Source: Meyerozyma guilliermondii (lineage: Eukaryota). Taken from it: a stretch of 64,000 nucleotides of DNA. Location of the stretch: the NCBI GenBank assembly GCA_051546255.1, contig CP128818.1, forward strand, positions 930,001-994,000, written 5' to 3'. Of the stretch, positions 11,279-20,314 are shown in pieces. Below the pieces are notes generated by a model that ran no database searches, was not told the origin of the DNA, and saw only the letters and a list, made by a program, of their open reading frames with translations. Both the position numbers and the translations under genes were made by a program. Within the stretch, counting starts at the first letter, position 1, and every line of letters begins with the position of its first letter.

Positions 11279-14200
11279 ATGTCCTACTTGCCTCACGACG
11301 AGTTCGAAACAAATGTGTATTCTTACGATGAAGTTCCTGAAAATAAATCATGGGCATCGACACTTCCAACTGCCAAAGGTTTGTACAATCCTGAATACGA
11401 AAAGGATGCTTGTGGAGTAGGGTTTACTTGTCATATTAAAGGACAGGCGTCACACAAAATCGTGTCGGATTGCCGGAATTTGTTGTGTAACATGACCCAC
11501 CGAGGCGGTGAATTGAACCCAAAAGACGGCGATGGTGCTGGATTATTATCGTCTTTGCCTCATAAATTTCTCGTGAGAGAGTTCCAATACCACTGCAACG
11601 TGACGTTGCCGCCTTTGGGACAATATGGTACCGGTAACGTGTTCTTCAAAAAGGACGACGTTGTGTTTGAAAAATCGAAAAAAACATTTGAAAATATCGC
11701 CGCTTCGTTGGGTTTAAGGGTTTTGGGATGGCGTGCCGTTCCTCACGACTCGTCCATTTTGGGCCCTGCGTCGCTTTCGAGAGAACCTCTCATATTACAG
11801 CCATTGATTGTGTTGGCCGAAGCTTTTGGTCCCGGTTCAGCACCCCAAGAGGACATTTCCACCGACGATTTCGAGAAAAAATACCAAAGATCGTTTGAAA
11901 AAAACTTGTTCATCTTGAGAAAACAGTCGTCCCACACCATTGGGTTGCACAACTGGTTCTACATCTGCTCGTTGTCCAACCGCACCATCGTTTACAAGGG
12001 TCAATTGGCCCCAAATCAAGTCTATGCCTACTACCATGACTTGGTGAACGCCGATTTCGAGGCTCATTTTGCGTTGGTCCACTCTCGTTTTTCCACCAAC
12101 ACTTTTCCATCTTGGGACAGAGCCCAGCCTTTGCGATGGGCTGCTCACAATGGTGAAATCAACACTTTGCGTGGTAACAAAAACTGGATGCGGGCCAAGG
12201 AGGGTGTCATGGCTTCAGAATTGTTCGGGGACGAGTTGGACAAATTATACCCCATTATTGAAGAGGGTGGTTCCGACTCGGCTGCCTTTGATAATGTTTT
12301 AGAATTGTTGGTGATCAATGGGGTTTTGTCTCTTCCAGAAGCTGTCATGGTAATGATTCCTGAAGCCTGGCAAAACGACACCCATATTGACCCCAAAAAG
12401 AAGGCTTTCTACGAGTGGGCTGCTTGTCTTATGGAACCTTGGGATGGTCCTGCCTTGTTCACTTTTGCAGACGGTCGTTACTGTGGTGCCAATCTTGACC
12501 GTAACGGTTTGAGACCTTGTAGATACTATGTCACCGATGACGACAGAATGATCTGTGCTTCTGAGGTTGGTGTTATCGAAATCGAGCCAGAAAAAATTCT
12601 TCAAAAGGGCAGATTGCAACCAGGAAGAATGTTGTTGGTCGACACCAAAGAGGGTAGAATTGTGGATGATCGCGAGCTTAAAAAGAGCGTGGCTTCTCGT
12701 TTCGACTTCAAGTCATGGGTGCTCGCCAATATGATCACCATGAACGATTTGACTGAAAAGCTTGTTTCTCGTGAAATCGAGGTGTCAAAGGAAGTCGAAT
12801 TGTCTACCGATATTACTGTTCAATCGGACCCCAGATTGGTGGCTTTCGGCTACTCGCACGAACAAATCACGTTTGTTTTGGCACCTATGGCTGAGGGAAA
12901 CGAAGCATTGGGCTCTATGGGTAACGACAATGCATTGGCATGTATTTCTGAACAACCAAAATTGTTGTTTGACTACTTCCGTCAATTGTTCGCCCAAGTG
13001 ACAAACCCTCCAATTGACCCCATTCGTGAGAAAATTGTCATGTCGTTGGACTGTTACGTTGGACCTCAAGGTAACTTGTTGGAAATGAAGCCCGACCAAT
13101 GTAACCGTTTGTTACTCAAATCTCCAATCTTATCCACTGCTGAACTCATCAACATCAAACATATCGAAAAGATCTACCCCAAATGGTCTGTGGCCATCAT
13201 TGACACTACTTTCGAAAAGGCCGATGGTATCCAGGGATACCTCAACACCATTGATCTCGTGTGTCAAGCGGCATCCAAGGCTATTGCTGACAACAATCAA
13301 ATCATCATTTTGAGCGACCGTAGCACAAGTGCTACCAGAGTTCCAATCTCGTCGTTAATTGCTACTGGTGCTGTGCACCACCATTTGGTCAGACAAAAAC
13401 AGCGTTCTAAGGTAGCATTGATCATCGAGACCGCTGAAGCCAGAGAAGTTCATCACGCTTGTTGTTTGGTTGGTTACGGTGCCGATGCCATCAACCCTTA
13501 CTTGGCTATTGAAACCTTGATCAGAATGAACAAGGAGGGATTGCTTAAGAAGGAGATGAGTGATGAGGAAATCATCAAAAACTACAAGAACTCGGTTGAC
13601 GCTGGTATCTTGAAAGTCATGTCCAAGATGGGTATCTCCACCTTGGCTTCTTATAAGGGTGCCCAAATTTTCGAGGCTTTGGGTGTTGATAACTCTGTCA
13701 TTGACAGATGTTTTGCCGGAACCGCTTCGAGAATTAAAGGTGTAACTTTCGAGTATATTGCTCAGGATGCTTTCTCGATGCACGAGAGAGGTTACCCCAA
13801 CAGAGACACTGTCAAGCCAAAGGGTTTGCCAGAAACTGGTGAGTACCACTGGAGAGACGGTGGAGATGCACACATCAATGAGCCTGTCGCTATTGCGTCC
13901 ATGCAAGATGCTGTCAGAAACAAGAATGAAAAAGCATACGAAACCTACTCCAAGAAGGAGTATGAGGCCATCAAGAACTGTACATTGAGAGGTTTATTGG
14001 ACTTTGACTTTGAGAATTCCAAGGCAGTTCCTATCGACCAAGTCGAACCCTGGACCGAGATTGTGCGTAGATTTTTCACCGGTGCAATGTCCTATGGTTC
14101 TATTTCCATGGAAGCCCATTCTACCATTGCCGTTGCCATGAACAGATTGGGAGGTAAGTCCAATACTGGTGAGGGTGGTGAAGACGCTGCCAGATCGCAA

Positions 14201-17200
14201 ATCAATGCCAATGGAGACACCATGAGATCCGCCATCAAGCAAATTGCTTCTGGTCGTTTCGGTGTTACTTCTTACTATTTGGCTGATGCCGACGAGCTTC
14301 AAATTAAGATGGCTCAAGGTGCTAAACCTGGTGAGGGTGGTGAATTGCCTGGTCACAAAGTGTCTGCTGAGATTGGTAAAACTAGACATTCGACTCCTGG
14401 TGTTGGTTTGATCTCTCCTCCTCCACATCACGATATTTACTCGATTGAGGACTTAAAACAGTTGTTATACGACTTGAAGTGTTCCAACCCAAGAGCCAGA
14501 ACTTCCGTGAAGTTGGTTTCTGAGGTCGGTGTTGGTATCGTTGCTGCTGGTGTAGCCAAGGCTGGTTCTGAAAACATCTTGGTTTCTGGAGGTGATGGAG
14601 GTACTGGTGCCGCCAAATTGACATCCATCAAGTACGCTGGATTGCCATGGGAATTGGGATTGGCTGAATCTCACCAAACTTTGGTGTTGAACGATTTGAG
14701 AGGAAGAGTTGTGTTGCAAACCGATGGTCAAATCCGTACTGGAAGAGACATTGCCGTGGCTGCTTTGTTGGGTGCTGAAGAATGGGGTTTCGCTACCACT
14801 CCTTTGATCGCTATGGGATGTATCATGATGAGAAAATGTCTTGCTTCAGATACTTTGGTGAGAACCACCCAAGGCTTGAAGAAAGTCAAGGACGTTTCTG
14901 TTGGCGAATACCTTTACGGTGCCGACAATACTCCAGTTCTTTGTATCGGCGCTAACGCACCTGAAACTGGATCGTTGAAGGAGATCGTTTACGAGGACTT
15001 TGACTCGAAGAAACTCGTCTCGTTCAAGTGTACCCCAGATCACCACCTCGAACTTGTTTTGGCTAATGCTGCTCCTGAGTTGTCTGGTTCAACTGTTACT
15101 TGGTTCTCTAGCTGCACTGGTGAACACAAAAAGCAAGATTCAACCTTTGACTTGGAAAGCATTGTCAGCTCCTTTTACAACGACCTTGTGGACTCTGACG
15201 ACATTATCACTTTTGACAATGTATGTGAAGCCATTGACGTTGCTTTGGACGAGCACTACCACCGTGGTGGAAGCGATCGTTACTCTGAAAAGTTCAATGG
15301 ATTCATCACTCAAATTGCCAACGAAGAACTCAAAAGCAATCCTGAGTTTGTCAGAAACGCTCTCCATGAAGCTGCCGAGAAGTTCATGGTTGAAGATGCA
15401 CCTAAGAACTTTGCCGTGACCAGTGTTTCTGTGGAAACCACCTCTGTTGAGTCTCAGTCAGTCTGCAAATCCTCTTGTGCTTGTGGTGGAGTTCGTAAGA
15501 TTGTTCACCAATTCGAGACCATTGAGGAAGCCGAAATGGCCTACTCTCTTCTCCTCAGCGATGTCTATGACAGAGTGGACCCATCGTTTGTTTCGAACGG
15601 TTACAAGTTCCAAGCTAGCGTTGAGGCTCTTGAGCAAATGTGCTCCAAGGACATTTTGCACAACCACTTGCACATGTACCGTGCTCCTGCTGAACAAGTT
15701 GAGCCATTGACTCACTCTTCTTCGCTTCCTGTTGATCCATACTTCTTGGGATTATGGCTCGGTGAGGGCAGCTCTGATTCTGCCACCATCCTGACCACTG
15801 ACCGTGAAGTTGTTGTTTGGTTGCAACAGTACGTTGAAAGACTCAACAAAGATAAGCCTGCTGAAGCGTCTCCTTTGAGATTGACCAAGATCAACGGCTT
15901 CAAGCCAGGTCAACAGATGGCCAACGGTTTCGTCCAAAAGGTTACTGTGCCCACTTATACCATCACCTCTGGCGAATCCTTTACAGGTGGAAACTGGAAC
16001 CCAGTCTACAACAGCCTCAAGCTGATGGGATTGCTCAGTAACAAGAGCAACGGAATTCCAGAAGCATACAAAGCTGCTGATTTGCAATCTCGTTTGGCCC
16101 TTCTCGCTGGTTTAGTTGACAGTGATGGATGCTACGTTGAGTCCTACAACTCTTACAGATTCATGCAAAAGTCTGAATTGCACAAGAAGATTGTATACGA
16201 CTTGAAGGAGATGGCCACTTCTTGTGGAATTGAGACCACTGACATTGACGTTTCTGAGAGCAGATTGTACTTGGGTAGCTCTGAAACCACCTCAGCTTAT
16301 GTTGTCTACTTGGGAAGCGGATCGGAGAAGTTGCAACAACTGCTTTTGCTCCCCCGCAAAAAAATGGTTCGCATCGAATCCTGCATACAAGAATCAACTC
16401 CATTCAAAGTTCAAGATGTTGCAAATGGTGAATTTAGAGCAATTGAGGTCAGTGGAGGCAAGTTCCAGCTTGATAACGGCTTACAAATCGCCAATTGTCA
16501 CCTAAACACTTGCCCTGTGGGCATTGCTACTCAGGATCCTGACCTTAGAAAGAAGTTTGAAGGTACTCCAGAACATGTTATCAACTTTTTCTACTATCTC
16601 GCAAACGAATTGCGGAATATTATGGCGCAACTTGGTTTCCGCACTATCAACGAGATGGTTGGGCGTGCAGAGAAGTTGAAGGTCAGAGAAGACTTGCGTA
16701 ACACCAAGAATGCCAACATTGACTTGTCTCCTATTTTGACCCCAGCTCACACCATTAGACCTGGAGTTGCTACTCACTGTGTTAGAAAGCAAGACCACAA
16801 GCTTCATGTCAGAATTGATAACAAGTTGATTGACGAGTCTGAAATGACTTTGGCAAAGGGACTTCCTGTCACTATTGACTGTGACGTTGTCAATACCGAT
16901 AGAACTTTGGGAACGACTTTGTCTTACAGAGTATCAAAGACATTTGGTGAGCAAGGTTTGCCTCACGACACCATTCATGTCAACGCCAAGGGTTCTGCTG
17001 GTCAATCTTTCGGCGCCTTTTTGGCCTCTGGTATCACTTTGGAATTAGAAGGTGATGCCAACGATTACATTGGAAAGGGATTAAGTGGAGGTCGTATCAT
17101 TGTGTACCCTCCAAGAGAGTCCAAGTTTAATGCTGAAGACCAAATTATTGCAGGTAACACTGCTTTCTTTGGTGCTACTTCTGGTACTGCTTTTATTAGA

Positions 17201-19318
17201 GGTATTGCTGCTGAGCGTTTTGCGGTCAGAAACTCTGGTGCTAATATTGTTACTGAAGGTACCGGTGACCATGGATGTGAGTACATGTCTGGAGGTCGTG
17301 TGGTTGTTTTGGGAAGTACTGGTCGTAACTTTGCTGCTGGTATGTGTGGTGGTATTGCTTATGTTTTGGACATGGCTCAGGACTTTGGTGACAAGGTCAA
17401 CACCCAAACTGTGGAATTGTCGCTGGTTACTGATCCTGCTGAAATTGCCTTCTTGAGAGGCTTGATTGAAGACCACAGACACTACACTGAATCTGAGGTG
17501 GCCGACCGCATTTTGAACGACTTTAACAGAATCCTTCCTCGTTTCGTCAAGGTCTTGCCTTTCGACTACAAGAAGGTTTTGGAGAAGGAAAAGCAAAAGG
17601 CCGAAGAAGCCAAGAAGAACGAGTTGAGTACATTCTTGAAGTCCATCAAGGAGGACCCAGAAGCAGATGTCACCAATGGTGAAGCTGCCAAGATCAAGAA
17701 GGGACATGTTCACAGACCAAGCAAGGCTTCTGAACCTCCAGTTTTGGATGTTGAAGACACTGTGACCGACTCTGCTGCTGCCAAGAAACCAGTCGTCAAG
17801 TTGGACAAGGTTCGTGGATTCATGAAGTACAAGCGTCGTAACGAAAAGTACAGACCAGCCACCGAGCGTAGCAAGGACTGGAAGGAGATGTCGTCAAGAC
17901 TCACCAAGGACGAATTGAAGCATGAAACCGCCAGATGTATGGACTGTGGTGTGCCCTTCTGTACTTCCGATACCGGATGTCCTATTTCCAACGTTATTCC
18001 AAAGTGGAACGAGTTGGTTTTCCAGGACAGATGGTATGATGCTTGGCAACGGTTAATGATGACCAACAACTTCCCTGAGTTTACTGGTAGAATCTGTCCA
18101 GCTCCATGTAACGGAGCGTGTGTTTTGGGAATTAATGAGGTCCCTGTCAACATCAAGTCGATTGAGTGTGCTATTATTGACCATGCTTTCGAACAAGGAT
18201 GGGTCAAGCCCGAGCCACCAGCTCAGAGAACTGGTAAGACGGTTGCCGTGATTGGTTCTGGACCTGCTGGTTTGGCTGCTGCTGATCAATTGAACAAGGC
18301 CGGACACTTGGTGACAGTTTTCGAAAGAAGCGACAGAGCCGGTGGTTTGATGATGTACGGTATTCCAAACATGAAGTTGGACAAGAGACTCGTCAAGCGT
18401 AGAACCGACTTGATGGCTGCTGAGGGTGTTGAGTACAGATGCAACACTACTGTTGGAGAAGACATTTCCATGGAAGAGTTGAAGTCCACTTACGATGCGG
18501 TTGTGTTTGCTGTGGGATCCACCATTCCAAGAGACTTGAAAATTCCTGGCCGTGAACTCACCAACATTAAGTTTGCCATGGAATTGCTTCACTCCAACAC
18601 CAAGGCATTGTTGGACGACAACTTGGAGGAGATTAGAAAGACCCTTGCTGGTAAGCATGTGGTTGTGATTGGAGGTGGAGACACAGGTAACGATTGTTTG
18701 GGAACATCCACCAGACACGGAGCCAAGTCGGTTACCAACTTTGAGTTGTTACCAACTCCTCCAGCCACAAGACCCAAGGACAACCCATGGCCACAATGGC
18801 CCAGAATTTTCCGTGTGGACTATGGACACACCGAGGTGGCTACCCATTACGGAAAGGACCCCAGAGAGTACTCGATTTTGTCGAAGGAATTTGTTGATGA
18901 CGGCGAAGGTAATGTCAAGGGTATCAAGACTGTTAGAGTTGAATGGAAACGTTCAGACAGCGGAGCTTGGCAAATGGCCGAGGTTCCTGGTTCGGAGGAG
19001 TTTTTCCCAGCCGATGTGGTTTTGTTGTCGATGGGTTTCGTGGGCCCAGATGCCGACAAGTTGGAGGTGAACAAGACCAAGAGAGGAACCATTGGAACGT
19101 TGGACCCTAACGGCTACAAAGTTGGTGCCAACGACAATGTGTTTGCAGCTGGAGATTGTAGAAGAGGACAATCGTTGGTGGTGTGGGGTATCCAAGAAGG
19201 TAGACAATGTGCCCGTGAGGTGGATAACTACTTGATGGGATCGACCAGATTGCCAGGAAATGGATCGATCGAGCAGAGAAACTACAAGTTATTGGAGGAG
19301 TATGCCGAGAAGGTCTAG
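11279..19318 (+). CDS. GLT1: NADH-dependent glutamate synthase (GOGAT) precursor containing an intein
   Basis: EKDACGVGF amidotransferase N-terminus, HSRFSTNT, HNGEINT, PWDGPA, KMAQGAKPGEGG, RCMDCG, GSGPAG. 2679 aa = about 2126-aa extein plus 553-aa intein. Confidence 0.98.
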   Translation: MSYLPHDEFETNVYSYDEVPENKSWASTLPTAKGLYNPEYEKDACGVGFTCHIKGQASHKIVSDCRNLLCNMTHRGGELNPKDGDGAGLLSSLPHKFLVREFQYHCNVTLPPLGQYGTGNVFFKKDDVVFEKSKKTFENIAASLGLRVLGWRAVPHDSSILGPASLSREPLILQPLIVLAEAFGPGSAPQEDISTDDFEKKYQRSFEKNLFILRKQSSHTIGLHNWFYICSLSNRTIVYKGQLAPNQVYAYYHDLVNADFEAHFALVHSRFSTNTFPSWDRAQPLRWAAHNGEINTLRGNKNWMRAKEGVMASELFGDELDKLYPIIEEGGSDSAAFDNVLELLVINGVLSLPEAVMVMIPEAWQNDTHIDPKKKAFYEWAACLMEPWDGPALFTFADGRYCGANLDRNGLRPCRYYVTDDDRMICASEVGVIEIEPEKILQKGRLQPGRMLLVDTKEGRIVDDRELKKSVASRFDFKSWVLANMITMNDLTEKLVSREIEVSKEVELSTDITVQSDPRLVAFGYSHEQITFVLAPMAEGNEALGSMGNDNALACISEQPKLLFDYFRQLFAQVTNPPIDPIREKIVMSLDCYVGPQGNLLEMKPDQCNRLLLKSPILSTAELINIKHIEKIYPKWSVAIIDTTFEKADGIQGYLNTIDLVCQAASKAIADNNQIIILSDRSTSATRVPISSLIATGAVHHHLVRQKQRSKVALIIETAEAREVHHACCLVGYGADAINPYLAIETLIRMNKEGLLKKEMSDEEIIKNYKNSVDAGILKVMSKMGISTLASYKGAQIFEALGVDNSVIDRCFAGTASRIKGVTFEYIAQDAFSMHERGYPNRDTVKPKGLPETGEYHWRDGGDAHINEPVAIASMQDAVRNKNEKAYETYSKKEYEAIKNCTLRGLLDFDFENSKAVPIDQVEPWTEIVRRFFTGAMSYGSISMEAHSTIAVAMNRLGGKSNTGEGGEDAARSQINANGDTMRSAIKQIASGRFGVTSYYLADADELQIKMAQGAKPGEGGELPGHKVSAEIGKTRHSTPGVGLISPPPHHDIYSIEDLKQLLYDLKCSNPRARTSVKLVSEVGVGIVAAGVAKAGSENILVSGGDGGTGAAKLTSIKYAGLPWELGLAESHQTLVLNDLRGRVVLQTDGQIRTGRDIAVAALLGAEEWGFATTPLIAMGCIMMRKCLASDTLVRTTQGLKKVKDVSVGEYLYGADNTPVLCIGANAPETGSLKEIVYEDFDSKKLVSFKCTPDHHLELVLANAAPELSGSTVTWFSSCTGEHKKQDSTFDLESIVSSFYNDLVDSDDIITFDNVCEAIDVALDEHYHRGGSDRYSEKFNGFITQIANEELKSNPEFVRNALHEAAEKFMVEDAPKNFAVTSVSVETTSVESQSVCKSSCACGGVRKIVHQFETIEEAEMAYSLLLSDVYDRVDPSFVSNGYKFQASVEALEQMCSKDILHNHLHMYRAPAEQVEPLTHSSSLPVDPYFLGLWLGEGSSDSATILTTDREVVVWLQQYVERLNKDKPAEASPLRLTKINGFKPGQQMANGFVQKVTVPTYTITSGESFTGGNWNPVYNSLKLMGLLSNKSNGIPEAYKAADLQSRLALLAGLVDSDGCYVESYNSYRFMQKSELHKKIVYDLKEMATSCGIETTDIDVSESRLYLGSSETTSAYVVYLGSGSEKLQQLLLLPRKKMVRIESCIQESTPFKVQDVANGEFRAIEVSGGKFQLDNGLQIANCHLNTCPVGIATQDPDLRKKFEGTPEHVINFFYYLANELRNIMAQLGFRTINEMVGRAEKLKVREDLRNTKNANIDLSPILTPAHTIRPGVATHCVRKQDHKLHVRIDNKLIDESEMTLAKGLPVTIDCDVVNTDRTLGTTLSYRVSKTFGEQGLPHDTIHVNAKGSAGQSFGAFLASGITLELEGDANDYIGKGLSGGRIIVYPPRESKFNAEDQIIAGNTAFFGATSGTAFIRGIAAERFAVRNSGANIVTEGTGDHGCEYMSGGRVVVLGSTGRNFAAGMCGGIAYVLDMAQDFGDKVNTQTVELSLVTDPAEIAFLRGLIEDHRHYTESEVADRILNDFNRILPRFVKVLPFDYKKVLEKEKQKAEEAKKNELSTFLKSIKEDPEADVTNGEAAKIKKGHVHRPSKASEPPVLDVEDTVTDSAAAKKPVVKLDKVRGFMKYKRRNEKYRPATERSKDWKEMSSRLTKDELKHETARCMDCGVPFCTSDTGCPISNVIPKWNELVFQDRWYDAWQRLMMTNNFPEFTGRICPAPCNGACVLGINEVPVNIKSIECAIIDHAFEQGWVKPEPPAQRTGKTVAVIGSGPAGLAAADQLNKAGHLVTVFERSDRAGGLMMYGIPNMKLDKRLVKRRTDLMAAEGVEYRCNTTVGEDISMEELKSTYDAVVFAVGSTIPRDLKIPGRELTNIKFAMELLHSNTKALLDDNLEEIRKTLAGKHVVVIGGGDTGNDCLGTSTRHGAKSVTNFELLPTPPATRPKDNPWPQWPRIFRVDYGHTEVATHYGKDPREYSILSKEFVDDGEGNVKGIKTVRVEWKRSDSGAWQMAEVPGSEEFFPADVVLLSMGFVGPDADKLEVNKTKRGTIGTLDPNGYKVGANDNVFAAGDCRRGQSLVVWGIQEGRQCAREVDNYLMGSTRLPGNGSIEQRNYKLLEEYAEKV
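14837..16495 (+). mobile_element. GLT1 intein with LAGLIDADG homing endonuclease (553 aa)
   Basis: In-frame insertion splits the conserved CIMMRK|CHLNTCPVG. Block A CLASDTLV, block B FKCTPDH, endonuclease motifs PYFLGLWLGEG (about 15737-15769) and LAGLVDSDG (about 16103-16129), C-terminal LQIAN followed by Cys+1. Confidence 0.96.
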
Positions 19319-20314
19319 TATATGTTAAATTGTATTATGATGAAGACTAATTGTAAGCGAAGAAATCTAACAGTTCTACACTTTTAAAGTGTCTACTTCA
19401 AATTTGTGAGAATTGTCAATTGGATTTTTCAGCTTAAATTCTTATTGAAATTTACAAAAGTATAATTTGGGACAAAATTATTCACATAGACTTAAATAGC
19501 GATCTGTGCTTAAGGTCGCTTAATTATCTTGTTCACTTTTGAAATGCTAGTTTTGGTGGATTTCAAATTAGGCTTAATGGTATTTTCTGTGAAAGTGGCG
19601 CTCAAAATAATACTAATTCTTATTTTTAATGCTAATTTACGGTCATTTCCAAAGTTTGTTCAATAAAAATTTACAAGTTTTGAAAATGTCAAATCTACGC
19701 TTGTCTATAATTAGCCCAAGCAGGACCGCTTATTGCCTGCAGACGCTGGGCTACTGTCCGCAATACGAGGAAATGTGCGTCTCGAGACCCTGAAAAAAAA
19801 AAGTTCGAGGCGGTTCGAGCACACCAGCTAAAAGAATTGTGGTAATTTTAGGCAGCAATATGTGAAACACACATGGTCGGTTACCCGCACCTGTCACCTA
19901 GAGCACGATCGTAAAAATGGCTTACATTGCCAGATCGGGAAGGGGCAACAGTGGCTATGGCGTTGTGTGCCGGAGCACAGCTGAGACCCGCATATGGAGT
20001 GGAAGAATAAGGCGATGAAAAATAGTTAAAAGTAGCCAAAATTCACTCGGTTTCACTTGTTTCCAGCCCAATTCCACCCCACAACTCGGTTTGAACATCC
20101 ATTGGCTCACCCCCATTGTCTTGTCCACACTTGCCATTTATAGAAAGTCAACAGTGGGCTGGCGAAAGTCGTGCATGGCAGTTGCTCGTGACGTGGGGCG
20201 GGCGCAAAATTTGATCCGATATAAAAAGGGAGGCTCGGCACTAAAGGAAACTCTTGTGATTTCTCGTTGGTTTCCGTCGTTTTCCCTCGCTAACTTTTTT
20301 TACGAAAACCAAAC

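Noticed and set aside
11743..19207. Numerous 60-220-aa minus-strand ORFs
   Set aside because: Antisense to codon-biased GLT1, an expected artefact.
19803..19830. GTTCGA B-box-like words suggesting a tRNA
   Set aside because: No cloverleaf, A box or full GGTTCGANYCC.
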